Positions 38,663 through 52,355 of a stretch of 64,000 bases of DNA are shown piece by piece. Location: positions 154,752,001 through 154,816,000 of the forward strand of contig NC_042999.1 of NCBI RefSeq assembly GCF_006345805.1. The letters are read 5' to 3'. Numbering within the stretch: the first letter of the stretch is position 1; each line of letters starts with the position of its first letter. The position numbers were made by a program, and so were the translations under genes. The DNA comes from Octopus sinensis. Its lineage: Eukaryota. The notes below the pieces were generated by a model. That model searched no databases, had not been told where the DNA came from, and saw nothing but the letters and a program-made list of their open reading frames with translations.

Positions 38663-39346
38663 AGTCTTAATGGAACATTGCAAAAACCTATGTTATCTTT
38701 GAATACTACATTCTCTTCTTTAGAAATAACATTTTATATTGCTATGTTAAGTTGGAAAATGCTGATTTTTCTACTAATCGTGTTCGACTGGTTCAGCGTA
38801 TTTTCGCACTGTTCTTAGAATGTGGCATTTTCTTTTTTTTTCTTTTATTTTCTTTTGTTTTTATTTTCTGTATTATCAATTGGTGCACAGGCGACCGCCA
38901 TCGTAATTTTTACCATATTAGTTGGAACTCTGCTGTTAAAATCTGTTCTTCGGAAATTTGGTCAGTGATGTTTCATAACTGTCTGTCTTCTATTTTTTCA
39001 TCACTTAATCTCTGACGCTACTAGAGTTTCGAGGTCCGCAGGCCAGATCGCAGACTTCCGATTCCGTATCTATCGACGCCAATTTTCCAATTTTGAAATG
39101 TAGTCCTAACACTTCATGCTCCGATCATAAATTTAGCGATAGCATTCAGATGCGAGCTTTTAGTCATATTCTGTCCCAATCCTGACTGTGAAAGGAAGAG
39201 GGTTTGATGCCGGATTAATAACTCGAAGTCGTAGAAAAAAAAATAGATTACATAAAATAAAACTGCGGGAAAAAAATGACAAAAATTTCAGTTTAAGATG
39301 GCGCAAAGACGAAAGCTTGTAATTCTGTTATATCATCAGATGATGA

Positions 39347-39568
39347 AGGCGCGTAGCTAAGTGATTAAGGTATTTGGACCACGAACGTAAGATCGTGAAT
39401 TTAATACCCGGCAGTGCGCTGTGTCCTTGAGCAAGACACATTATTTCACGCTGCTCCACTACACTCAGTATGCAAAAATTAGTTGTACTTCTATTTCAAA
39501 AAGCTGACCTTGGCACATTCTGTGATCGGATCAACTGAAACGCTCGTTGTCGTAACTGACGGAGAACC
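39347..39568 (+). mobile_element. SINE family C, internally deleted
   Basis: GGCGCGTAGCTAAGTG head; GTGTCCTTGAGCAAGACAC core. Confidence 0.8.
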
Positions 39569-39584
39569 AGTATTTGTTTCAATT

Positions 39585-40125
39585 ATGCGATGAAAAGATC
39601 AGAAGCTGTTGGCCGATCTGGACTTTACTGATAATATCGGATTGTAGATAGAATCCAGAGAGTCCATAAGAGCTGGTTCGGTGCCTGAGGGAAGAAAACC
39701 AAACTAGGAGTGAATGTAAATAAGGTGACGGTCATAGAAATCGGTCAAGGAGATGGGAACACCAGTTCGATAGCTGAAGAACGGGCTGTCGAAGACGTGG
39801 GTCAGGATGAGTACCTTTTAAGGCGGCGAGCTGGCAAAAACGTTAGCACGCCGGGCGAAATGCGTAGCCGTATTTCGTCTGTCGTTACGTTCTGAGTTCA
39901 AATTCCGCCGAGGTCAACTTTGCCTTTCATCCTTTCGGGGTCGATAAATTAAGTACCAGTTGCGCACTGGGGGTCGATGTAATCGACTTAATCCATTTGT
40001 CTGTCCTTGCTTGTCCTCTCTGTGTTTAGCCCCTTGTATGTAGTAAAGAAATAGGATGGGGTACCTTGGCATTATCGAGTGCGACGACGGAGACACTGAA
40101 ACAGATTTTAAATGAAGAATCACGA
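39585..40125 (+). mobile_element. RTE RT remnant interrupted by SINE B (39822-40054) with an imperfect ~13-bp TSD
   Basis: LADLDFTDNI motif; TSD ggatgagtacctt / ggatggggtacctt. Confidence 0.7.
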
Positions 40126-40503
40126 AGATTAATTTTATTTCCATATTCTTATTTGGTGCCATACAACAACAACAACAACATGTTGAACAATAACAAGGGC
40201 AACTGGAGCAGCGGCGGTGACATTGAACAACAACAACATAAACAGCAACTATTTTGTACTGACTCAGAAGTCACCTCGTGACTCTCTCCCTCACCAACTC
40301 CATCCCCAACCACCCCATGTCAACAGCTGGCACGTAACATCCTCCTCTCTTCTTGTCACCCAATCACCTCATCCTTTAGTTTGCCAACCGATCACATGAA
40401 TTCATCATCACTCTCATCATCATCATCATAATCATCATCATCATAATCATCATCATTATTATCATCATCATCGACTTCTTCTGCACCAACTCTTCCTTGT
40501 ACT

Positions 40504-40540
<37 letters not shown>

Positions 40541-40548
40541 GAAGTGAA

Positions 40549-40876
40549 GGCGCGTGGCTCAGTGGTTAGAGCGTCGAGCTTACGATCGTGAGGTTGTGAG
40601 CTCGAATCCCAGACCGGGCTGCGTCTTGTGTTCTTGAGCAAGACACTTTATTTCACGTTGCTCCAGTTCACTCAGCTGTAGAAATGAGTTGCGACGTCAC
40701 AGGTGCCAAGCTGTATCGGCCCCTTTGCCTTTCCCTTGGACAACATCGGTGACGTGGAGAGGGGAGGCCGGTATGCATGGGCGACTGCTGGTCTTCCATA
40801 AAACCTTGCCCAGACTTGTGCCTCAGAGGGGAACTCTCTAGGTGCAAACCCATGGTTAGTGTCTGACCGAAGGGGG
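40549..40876 (+). mobile_element. SINE family C, second tail variant
   Basis: Same head and core; tail ...CATGGTTAGTGTCTGACCGAAGGGG, also at 44728-45050. Confidence 0.85.
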
Positions 40877-40892
40877 TAAAAAAAAAAACTAT

Positions 40893-40928
<36 letters not shown>

Positions 40929-41458
40929 GTAAAAAACCCTCACTACTAACACTGTTGCAAAAAGAAATGGACCTACCAACGAATCTACGGATATATTGCT
41001 TGTCTCTTCATGGTTTCGGGCACCATTCTCCTAATGAGATCTCGTTATGAACCCCCGATTTACCCAGATTTTTTAATTTATTGTATTTTTTTTCTGGGTC
41101 ACATTTCACGCCGCCGTTTGATTCATGGATATTCTTAGCGGAGTTTGCAATGTTATCTACATTTCGGATAAACTTCTGAGGCTATTGGCACACTGTCACC
41201 TTTTATACTTCTCCAAGATGCTAAAACCTGGATTTAGCCCATAAAACAATTTCCTTTCTTTTCCCTCCAAATATCAGTGAATTTCATCCCAATCTAGACT
41301 GTATGCATTACCTCTTACTAACACAAAAATCCCCATATCATATTCCTTTCCTAAATACAAACCCCTTTATTGTACTGACTTTAATATAGGATACATGTTC
41401 CTGTGTTGGTAATTATACCTGTCCTAAACAAAATGGCATTACTTTTTTACTCACCCTC

Positions 41459-41508
<50 letters not shown>

Positions 41509-41610
41509 TTACATTTAATGTAGGATAAAATTTTTTTTCGAAAAAGAAATTTTATCAATGGCCAGCATATTAAAAATACCTTTAAAGGTTAAATTTATAA
41601 ATAACTTATA

Positions 41611-41751
41611 AAATAGGGCAAAAGAAAAATTCGAATGCCAAATATGCTGAAAATAGACAAAATTGTCAATAACCATTATAATTTTTGGTTATTGACAATT
41701 TTGTCTATTTTCGGCATATTTGGCAATAGAATTTTTCTTTTGCCCTTATTT
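41611..41751. repeat. ~140-bp palindrome (mini-MITE-like), ~65-bp arms
   Basis: AAATAGACAAAATTGTCAATAACCA...TGGTTATTGACAATTTTGTCTATTT and flanks. Confidence 0.85.
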
Positions 41752-41789
41752 ATATATATATATATATATATAGTAAATCCCCCAAACCG

Positions 41790-41975
41790 AAGAACAAACA
41801 CAAGAAAAAAAAAAAGAAACAACATGCAAAGTATTAGCAGACGCTCAGGGAAGGAAAGAAAGGCGGTTTTTCGTTTCGAGCAAAGCTCTTCTTCAGAAAC
41901 AGCAGACGGAGAAAAGTCCAAGAGAAATGGAAGACGGAGGAAAAAAATCGCCAACGATTCACACGTGGTTACATG
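41790..41975 (-). mobile_element. Penelope-like terminal repeat fragment
   Basis: Homologous to 49240-49420; contains a hammerhead core. Confidence 0.65.
41866..41900 (-). ncRNA. Minimal type I hammerhead ribozyme motif, U16.1 mutated
   Basis: GTTT-CTGAAGA-A-GAGC(TTT)GCTC-GAAAC-G[A]A-AAAC. Confidence 0.7.
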
Positions 41976-41977
41976 TG

Positions 41978-42009
<32 letters not shown>

Positions 42010-42111
42010 AGACTGTGTGTGTGTGAGACTGTGTGTGTGTGTGAGACTGTGTGTGTGTGAGACTGTGTGTGTGTGTGTGTGTGCGTATGTGTATGTGCGC
42101 GCGTGTGTGAA

Positions 42112-42420
42112 GGCACGTGGCTTAGTGGTTAGGGGCATTCGGCTCATGATCGTAAGGTCGTGAGTTCAATTCCCGGTGACGCGTTGTGTCCTTGAGCAAG
42201 ACACTTTATTTCAAGTTGCTCCAGTCCATTCAGCTGGCAAAAATGAATAGTACCTATATTTCAAAGGCCCAGCTTTGTCACACTCTGTGTCACGCCGAGA
42301 ACTGCATTAAGGGTACACGTGTCTGTGAAGTGGTCAGCCACTTGCGCGTTAATTTCACGAGCAAGCTGTTCCGTTGATCGTATCAGCTGGGACCCTCGTC
42401 GTCGTAACCAAGGGAGTGCT
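42112..42420 (+). mobile_element. SINE family C
   Basis: Direct match to 28337-28638. Confidence 0.87.
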
Positions 42421-42444
42421 CCTTTATATATATATATATATATA

Positions 42445-44380
42445 TTTCAAAATAGGATAAAATCTTTATAAGAACTTATCAAGTAGTTAGCGTGAAAAAC
42501 CTCATAGGAAATAAATCTACCAATTTTTATCTTAAATATATTTATTTATAGGATCTTTTCCTTTTGATGGACGGAATTCAACACAATTTCTAGTTAACTA
42601 AACAATTTGAAACTTCGTATACTGGTAGAATGTGTCAAAAGAAAACATTATTTTCACTTGGCTTTTTTGATAAATTTGTAATTTGTAAGTTTAACATAGT
42701 TTAATTCTTCGAATTTTAACCAATGAATTGCCAGCATTTGAGCTCAAATCATTTGCTGCGTCTAAAAACTCAGACAACATCCTCTTACAACGTAAACAGC
42801 GCACACACACACGTGTTATTCATCCTTCTCTCTTCTGTCTGTCTCCGCACTTTCTGCGTTATCGATATTGATAAACAAACGAGGAGGCATGTGCTAGAAA
42901 TAACAGCCATATCTCTTAAATCGATGAATTTCGTCGCCCAATAAAAATATTAACGATATTTTTTGAATATTTTCTTTATTTTTTTTTTACCGAAAAGGCT
43001 TCTCCCATGGTTTTGAAGGGCCAAAAACAACAAAAACAAAACAATATGCCTAAATCGGTCTAGAGTGGGATATGAGGGTGCGCGTGGAGTGTGGGTCGTA
43101 TTGTAAAAATTTGCGAAATATTTTTTCATAAAAGGATGCCCCAGCTTGTCGGAGGCTGTGATATAAATTGGGGAAAAAATCCTCGACACCAGTGCGTAAT
43201 GGTACTTAATTTATCGACCCCGAAACGATGAAACATTGACCCCCCCCCCCCCCCATTTCTGGTTTATTTACCTTTTGTGTAAATTTGTTCCGGCAAGGGG
43301 CAAAACACAAAGGGGACAAAGCATGAGATACAAAAGTATTAAGTCGATTCTATCGACACCAGTGCGAACTCACGAACGTGTATGTATGCTTGTGTGCGTA
43401 TGTGTGTGTATGTATATCTCCGTTTGTATGTGTGTGTACGTTTGTATGTGTGTGTACGTTTGTATGTGTGTGTACGCTTATATATTAATTACTGTGCTTG
43501 TGCAAATGTATATATATGCATGTGTTTGAGAGAGAGAGAGAGAGTGACAGAGAGTGTGTGTGTGTGTGCAAGTGTACGTGTGTATGTATCTGAATATATG
43601 TGTGTGTGTGTGTGTGTGTATGCGGCGTGCGTATATGCGTATAAGCATGTATCTTTGTGTATGTATATGTATACTTGTCTGTGTGTGCATGTGTGCGTGT
43701 GTATGTATATTTACTTTTATATGCAGGCGCGCTTGTATATGCAAGTGTTTGTATGCGTGTGGGATCTTTTCCTTTTGATATTTAAGAGATATGGCTGTTA
43801 TTTCTAGCACATGCCTCCTCGTTTGTTTATCAATATCGATAACGCAGCAAATGATTTGAGCTCAAATGTTGGCAATTCATTGGTTAAAATTCGAAAAATT
43901 AAACTATGTTAAACTTACAAATTACAAATTTATCAAAAAAGCCAAGTGAAAATAATGTTTTCTTTTGACACATTCTACCAGTATACGAAGTTTCAAATTG
44001 TTTAGTTAACTAGAAATTGTGTTGAATTCCGTCCATCAAAAGGAAAAGATCCTATTTATATTATATATAGGGCAATACTATATATAAATGTTACACGCTA
44101 GGAGGGACTCTTAAAGTCAAAACTACCAGCGTGACACAGTGTTTTTAAGTGGCTAGCTTCGAGAGTTGCATTCCCTCGCTTCCGGTACGATGTGCTTATT
44201 TATTTTGGTAGTTTTGACTTTAAGAGTCCCTCTTAGCATGTGGCATTTATGTATAGTAATGCCCTCAATATAATATAAAGAAATATATTCAAGAGAAAAA
44301 TTGGTGGATTTTTCTCTTATGAGGTTTTTCACGCTAACTACTTGATAAATTCTTGTAAAGATTTTATCTTATTTTTAAAT
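42445..44380. mobile_element. Inverted pair of MITE-like copies forming a ~1.9-kb foldback
   Basis: 42445-42921 matches the reverse complement of 43780-44380. Confidence 0.85.
44055..44279. mobile_element. 225-bp MITE with ~74-bp TIRs nested in the right arm
   Basis: GGGACTCTTAAAGTCAAAACTACCA / TGGTAGTTTTGACTTTAAGAGTCCC. Confidence 0.88.
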
Positions 44381-44727
44381 CGTAAATTTAACCGGAGTAT
44401 ATTCACTAATGAATTTTTATTCCGAATAAACGCGTTATATCGAAATGCAATTTGTAAAAGCCCGCCATTTACATAGATGTATAAAGGGTGAACATATCTA
44501 TATGCTACGTTGGATACATTGGTTGTTCGTCTGGTATCCTATTTTATCCTAACCATGTGCCTAGGGAGTGAACTTCTTAACAACGTAAACACATAGCCAT
44601 ACCTGCGTTTGTGTATGTGTGTGTACGCATCGATTGTGTGGTTATATGCAGTTTACTATAAAAAAGTGAAAGTAAATTGCGATAGAAACCGGAAGTGACG
44701 ACTGTGGCATCCCAATATATAGAACGT

Positions 44728-45050
44728 ACATGGCTCAGTGGTTAGAGCATTGGGCTCACAATCATGAGGTAGTGAGTTCGATTCTTGGACCAGGCTGTGT
44801 TATGTTCTTGAGCAAGACACTTTATCTCACGTAGCTCCAGTTCACTCAGCTGTACAAATGAATTGTGAAGACACTGGTGCCAAGCTGTAGCAGACTTTGC
44901 CTTTCCCTTGGATAACATCGGTGGTGTGGAGAGGAGAGGATGGTATACATGGGCGACTACCAGTCTTCCACAAACGACCTTGCCCGGACTTGTACCTTGG
45001 CGGGGAACTTCTCAGTGCTATCCCATAGTCATTCATGACCGAAGGGAGTT
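44728..45050 (+). mobile_element. SINE family C, second tail variant
   Basis: Similar to 40549-40876. Confidence 0.8.
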
Positions 45051-46109
45051 TTTACCTTTTACATATATTTAAAATAACACGAGAACCGTACGCTTATATT
45101 ATTTTATATTACAGTGGAGAAAGCTACTTATTAATAAGGTAAATAACAGTTACTAAAAGAAAGCAATTATCAAAGGCTTGACCCTCTTGAAATTTTTTAT
45201 AAATTCATGTTCCAAGAAATTTCCTGTAATTTCGATTTTTCAAGTTTATTGAATATTCGAACATCACGTTTTTCACAAACTTAAATATTCGTTGCATTCA
45301 CTTCATTACAGGCGAAATTTTCCGTTCTCATTTGCAACAGTCTCTCACTCACGCCTCTATTTTCATTAATGATAATTTAATATATATTCATTTTAATGTT
45401 TTCATTTCAAGTTTTAATTCGCTATTTGCAATACCCACACATTATTCTATATATGTAATGTAAAAAAAAATTATTGAATGAATGAATGCTATTAGACAAA
45501 ATAGCCGTATGACTTTGAGGCTTATGTTTGATAAAATGAAATTTTTTTAATATACCGGTAAGATTTCTTTTTTTTAAATTAAGAAGTGATTTTATTAGTA
45601 TGATTGTTTGGAACGCTATAAGGTTTACAATAATAACTGTGTGATCGTTGCTATTTCTAGCACGCTAAACGTATAAATTACTGAAAGAAATATTTACTAA
45701 GCATTGAAGTTTTTGGGAAAATTTACTTTCTGAACTTCCTTTTATTATCGAATATTTCAAGTTCACAAATATAAAAATTCGGTACAAGTTTTTAACGAGC
45801 TTTTATTTATACGATTTTTTCATTTCATGTTTATTTCATTCATCGTTTGCAATGTTCTCTCCGCCCCCATTCCTCCCTCCCTCTCTCTCTCTCTCTCTGA
45901 CACACACACACACACACACAGAGGTTTCACTAACAGAAAAGGGCGGTCTTTGTATGAAATGAGATTCGTGAACAATCTTTCAAGATTTCTGAATTTGTTT
46001 CGCCGCACATTTATTAAAGAGGTCGATAAATAATTACTGCTCCTTTATTGTCTCCCTTTTAAAGAATTCGGATCTTTTATGTTTCATCTTTACTCTTTCA
46101 TCCATTTTT

Positions 46110-46795
46110 TTTTTCTTTGAGTCATTAGACTTCGGCCATACTGGAGCACCGCCTTGAAGAATTTTTGTTGAATGAATCGACCGCAGTACTCTTTTTCTCT
46201 TTTTGTTAAGACTCATGCTTATTCTATCGGTCACTTTTTCTGAACTGCTAAGTTACGGAGACGTATACACAACAACACCGTCAAGTGGTGATGGGACACA
46301 CGTGGTTCCGGGTTCATTCCCCCCGCGTGACACCTTGGGCAAGTGACTTCTACAATAGCCTCGGGCTGACCAAAGCCTTGTGCGTGGATTTGATTGATGG
46401 AAACTGAAAGAAGCCTGTCGTATATGTGTTTGTGTGTGCTTGTCCCCCATCATCGCTTGACAACCAGTGTTGGTTTGTTTACGTCCCTTTAATTTAGAGA
46501 TTCGGCAAAAAGTAACCGATAGAATAAACACAAAGCTTGAACAAAAATACTAGGTCAATTCATTCGTCTAAAAGGTCTTCATGGTGGTGCCCCAGCATGG
46601 CCTCAATCTAATGACTGAAACAGATTTTTAAAAAGAAGTATATAATTGACAGGCGTCTCTAAGTTTGCGCCTACCGAATACACTCTCAAGGCTTTGGTTA
46701 TCGTAGAAGACACTTGCCCAAGGTTCCATACAGTGGGACTGAACCCGGAACCATGTAGTTGGGAAGCAAGCCTCAAGCCACACAGCTACACCTGT
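46110..46795. mobile_element. Cluster of three SINE A fragments in mixed orientation
   Basis: Minus 3' half, plus-strand copy, minus head. Confidence 0.75.
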
Positions 46796-47164
46796 GTATG
46801 GACGCTGTCAGCGTTTTAGATCAACAGAATTAAGTGAACGGTTTACAACTTCACCAGGATAGAAGTTTACGAAAGTTAAAATGAAGTTTTACCGTGGTAA
46901 AAGAGCGTGACACAATGAGAGAGATCTTTCTGCACATTTCATGAAATTTCGGTGTGACACTTTTGGTTTCTATCACAATTTACTTTCAATTTTTAGGACA
47001 ATTTACTTTCACTTTATTACAACGGTAAACTGCATATTAACACACGTGCGAGCGCACACAGATATATATCCATATATATTATATTGATACTAGGACAAAA
47101 TCACCCGGCAGTCAATATCCGCTGAATATTGTCCTTTCTTTACAATAAAAATATTTTAGGAAAG

Positions 47165-47330
47165 TGCTGGAGCACCGCCTTTTCCGAACAAATCCACTCA
47201 GAGATTTATTCTTTGTAAGCCTAGTACCTATTCTATCGGTCTCTTTTGCCGAACCCCTAAGCTCCGGGGACGTAAATACACCAACACCGATTTCTAGCGA
47301 TGGTGGGGAGACAAACACAGATACACGCAA

Positions 47331-47414
<84 letters not shown>

Positions 47415-47578
47415 GACGGGCTTCTTTCAGTTTCCGTCTACTAAATCCACTCACAAGGCATTTGTTGGCCTGAGGCTATAGTAGAAGACACTTGCCTAAG
47501 GTGCCATGCAGTGGGACTGAAACCAGAACCATTTGGTTGGGAAGCAAGCTTTTTACCACACACCCACACCTGCGCCTA
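47165..47578 (-). mobile_element. SINE A
   Basis: Direct match. Confidence 0.87.
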
Positions 47579-47689
47579 TTAGTCGATGCTTTTGTGTAAA
47601 ATTTGCCCTTGGGGGATTTTGTCCTCGGGGGGATTTTGTCCTGATACTATTATATTGACCTCAAATTTTGTCACATAGCCAGAAGGGAA

Positions 47690-48116
47690 GGAGAAAAGTC
47701 TCGGTTTCATCGACCCCAATGCTCAACTGGTACTTTTTTATCGACTACCAAAAGGCTGAACGGTAAAGTCGACCTCGGCAAAATTAGACCTCAGAACGTT
47801 AGGGCGGACGAAATGCTGCTAAGCATTTTGCCCGGCGTGCTAACGTTTCTGCCAGCTCGCCGCCTTAAAAATAATAATTTTGGTTTCAAATTTTGGCACA
47901 AGGCCAGCAATTTTGGGAGACGGCTTCAGTTGATTACATTCACTCCAGTGTTCAACTGGTACTTATTTTATCGATCCCCGGAAGGATGAAAGGTAAAGTC
48001 GACCTCGGCGGAATTTGACCTTAGAACGTAAAAACGGAGGAAATACCGCAACACATTTTGCCCGGCGTGCTAACGATTCTGCCATTTGCCGCTTTATCTA
48101 TATAATATTAAGAGAT

Positions 48117-48178
<62 letters not shown>

Positions 48179-48850
48179 ATGTGTGTGAAAAGCTGTTTTG
48201 CGTTACGAAAAGGCTGGATTTGAACTACGCAAAACACCCAGAACAGATACCAGACGGCGTCTCGTACGACATTCTGGACTGAAAGGTTATATAGTGTCCG
48301 TTTGAATAATGATAAATAAACAGTTATATAGACAACGGTGAGATTTGAACTGAGAGCGTAGATAACCGGTACAAAAACCAGAAACGGTATTTTATCCAAA
48401 GTTCTAATGTTTCTTATTTCTTTATTGCCCACAAGGGGCTACACACAGAGGGGACAAACAAGGACAGACAAACGGATTAAGTCGATTACATCGACCCCAG
48501 TGCGTAACTGGTACTTAATTTATCGACCCCGAAAGGATGAAAGGTAAAGTCGACCTTGGCGGAATTTGAACTCAGAACGTAGCGGCAGATGAAATACCTA
48601 TTTCTTTATTACCCACAACGGGCTAAACACAGAGGGGACAAACAAGGACAGACACACGGATTAAGTCGATTACCTCGACCCCAGTGCATAACTGGTACTT
48701 ATTTAATCGACCCCGAAAAGATGAAAGGCAAAGTCGACCTCGGCGGAATTTGAACTCAGAACGTAACGGCAGACGAAATACCGGTAAGCATTTCGCCCGG
48801 CGCGCTAACGTTTGTGCCAGCTCACCGCCGTAAAGTTCTAACGTTTCTGC
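47690..48850 (-). mobile_element. SINE B copies and multimer
   Basis: Two units at 47690-48092; multimer at 48340-48850. Confidence 0.85.
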
Positions 48851-49196
48851 CAGCCTCACAGTCTCGTATTTTGCGTTTGTGTGCGTGCGTTTCAGAGAGA
48901 CAGACAGAGACACAGAGAGAGAGAGTTGCAGATAAATGTATAAATTTTCATCATCTTTCGAACTTTGCACATATAATATGGTGTACAACATATAACAAAC
49001 TGCACTCACTGAAATCATCGACAACTTGCAATGATCGTTATACATATGTGTTTGTTTGTATGTTACATATATATTATAAATATGTTACGTATAATACAGT
49101 GGTAAAATACAATTTATTTGGTTTCCTTCGGTATTGGTCTGCATAGTGTCGGATTGAGGAAACGACGTTATTCACCTTCTTTTTCAGCGCCTAGCC

Positions 49197-49430
49197 CAGC
49201 GGTTCCCAATGCCATATTTTCCGTTAATCCAACCATGAAAACACAAAGAGAAAACGCAACAACGCGAGGACGTGGAACAAGTATAGTGTTATTGGACGCT
49301 CAGGAAAGGAAAGAAAGAAGGATTTAATGTTTCGAGCGGAGCTCTTCGTCAGAAACATAGAAAAAGGAAAGATCCAAGGAAGGAGGTAAAAAGATCGCCA
49401 ACGATACACACGCGGTCACACATATATATG

Positions 49431-49464
<34 letters not shown>

Positions 49465-49566
49465 TGTATGTATGTATGATATATGAAATTTTGAGTTTGG
49501 TTCACAGAACTCCAGTACTACATCTGCGGGCCACCAGGGTCCCAGATCACAAGTTGGGAGCCACTG
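49197..49566. mobile_element. hAT (Charlie-like) non-autonomous element containing a Penelope-like repeat
   Basis: TIRs CAGCGGTTCCCAA / TTGGGAGCCACTG; 8-bp TSD GCCTAGCC / GCTTAGCC. Confidence 0.8.
49322..49356 (-). ncRNA. Minimal type I hammerhead ribozyme motif, G16.2 mutated
   Basis: GTTT-CTGACGA-A-GAGC(TCC)GCTC-GAAAC-[A]TT-AAAT. Confidence 0.7.
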
Positions 49567-49725
49567 GCTTAGCCTCTTTATGTATATTATGGGGGAAGGT
49601 TGTGTGGGGGAATGACGTTGTCTACCAATACCGAAAGAAATCCATTTATTTTATTTTAAACTCAACGTTTTCACATCAGAAAATAGGTTAAAAAGGAAAG
49701 ACGAAATCACCTTAGCGCGGGCACA

Positions 49726-49763
<38 letters not shown>

Positions 49764-50945
49764 ACACAGCACATACATGTCCCTATATATACAGCACATA
49801 TTTACACATATGCATACGATGACAATTAGTGTCGTTCCTTTTATTTTCAGTCGATGCAGTTTTTCACTTTGTCCGCCATATTATATGTGCAAATTTCGAA
49901 AGATTGCCGAAGTTTTTTAGTATTTGTTCAAAATTATGAAAACTGTCCAAAGAAATCGACTGAGAAAGAAATTAATATTAGTAGGAGAGTTAACACCACT
50001 CCCCTGACATGTATGTATGTATGTATGGATGGATGGATGGATGGATGGATGTATTCCTTTACAATAGAGTCGGAAATTATCGAGTGCACCAAAGACAGTA
50101 ATTTATTAGGATGTATATACTGTGAGCATTTCGTCGAATACGATTTTGCAACAGAGAAAAAAATGGTGTGTGTGTGTCCGCATTGCCTCACCTTTCCGTA
50201 CCTTTTCAGGCAAAAAGTAGTTTACTGGCCCATTTCCCCACCCCCCCTAATAACTTTCTGAAATATGCATACTTTTAGATAAAATTTTAACAAAGATGCC
50301 TTTCGGCGAATGTGTAGATTATTACTATGTTGATAAAAAATTTTGAAAACACTTTCATTTTTGTATTGAAGTTTCGGATATAGCTTCGACTTTATTACAG
50401 CTCATTTTCGTAATTTTTGAGCATTATAAACTTATCTTTTTAGATATATATGCTTTAAACCTCAATATTATCTATTTTACATGTTTTAAACCTCAATATT
50501 ATCTATTTTACACTATCGAAAACGAATTGATGCAAAATTACATTTAAAATGATAAATGCACTTTTCAGAAAGTTATGAGGAAATGAAAGTAGTTGGTGTG
50601 GGCATTAAACTGGACTAATGCCTCTTTCTAGATTGACTTTCTATTAAGCGTTTTAAGATTTGTTTTAAACAGCTCAAATGAAAAAATTCGGAAAAGGAGT
50701 TCAAAATGAAAAATTACGGAAAAAGTGTGAAGAGCAGTATTTTTTTCTGTTTTTTTAAAAAATTTTTTTTTGTTTTTTTTTAACAGAATCGTAATTATCA
50801 ATGCTTAAAATCACAACTACAAAAAGAAATTACTGTCTTTTGGCATACTGAAAATTTCCAACTCTATTGTACAGGAACGCCTAATTATATTATAAATTTT
50901 CAAAAGATATGACTTTTTATCTCTAATTCAATTACACACACATAC

Positions 50946-51136
<191 letters not shown>

Positions 51137-51757
51137 GGATATGTACATAGACACACACACACATGTATATATATATTTAATTTCGAATTAAAAGCAGGTC
51201 TAATGATGTCAACATTGATGTGCTTTGCTTATAGGCCAATCAATATATCATATACATATGATATATAAATATGGTATACGCTCAAAAGTATGAACATACT
51301 TAAATCGCCAATTTCGACCGGTCTCCTCCATTCTCTGCAATAAATTTGGCCTTGAGCCAACATAATACAAATTATTAATATTATATATTAGCACTGCCAC
51401 GTCACCGAAGATTGGGTTCTTGGATTCGCTTGTGCCACATTCCTTGAAATAAATTGTTTAATTACCTTCCAGTCTCTTCGATTAGTTTAGATCTTGTAGA
51501 ATAAAATTAAAGTTGATCGGTTGGTGAGTTGGTTGAGAGGTTGGTTTAGTCGGTTGTATAATTAATTATAATTTTTGTTGTAGTCATTTAAATATCATTG
51601 TTTGGTTTTTGTTATTAATGAGTAAATATTTGTCTTAGTAAACCATTCGTTTCTTTTTGTCTTTTGTTCTGACTTAGTCAAAAGAAGATTGCGCCTGTGG
51701 CTTCTGAGGGAGGGATGGAGCAGAGGACAATATGTGTGTGTATGGGCGTGTATATAC

Positions 51758-51839
<82 letters not shown>

Positions 51840-52184
51840 TTAAAGCGAGTTAAGGTGGTGTATCAATAGTCAAAAAAAAAAAAAACGCACGTTTTACGGG
51901 TGCGAAGAAAATAAACCGGTCTGTTTATAAATCTTACAGGTCTTAGTAACTGCAGAGAATAGAGTTAAGCCTCCGTTGGCCCGAAGTGGTTTCTATAAAT
52001 GTTCCTCTTGCACAACTGTACACATTACCACGACCATATTAACGATGATGAATACGAGAATAATAGTTTTTTAAGTTACACAAAGGTATGAAAGACCAGA
52101 CAGAAAATAATACCTGCTTCTGTCTTTCCGATTCAAACTTCTTACTCCTCCTTCTTTCTTTCTTTTTTTCTGCCTGCCTCTCTT

Positions 52185-52355
52185 TCACTCTCTCTCTCTC
52201 TCTCACTTTCGCTATTTCTCTTCCTCTCTCTATTCTTATGTAATTTCTACCCCCTCTTTCTGTCTCCTTTTCTCTCTCTCTCTCTCACTTTCACTATTTC
52301 TCTTCCTCTCTCTATTCTTATGTAATTTCTACCCCCTCTTTCTGTCTCCTTTTTT
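52185..52355. repeat. Tandem duplication of a ~80-bp pyrimidine-rich unit
   Basis: cactttc.ctatttctcttcctctctctattcttatgtaatttctaccccctctttctgtctcc occurs twice. Confidence 0.9.
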
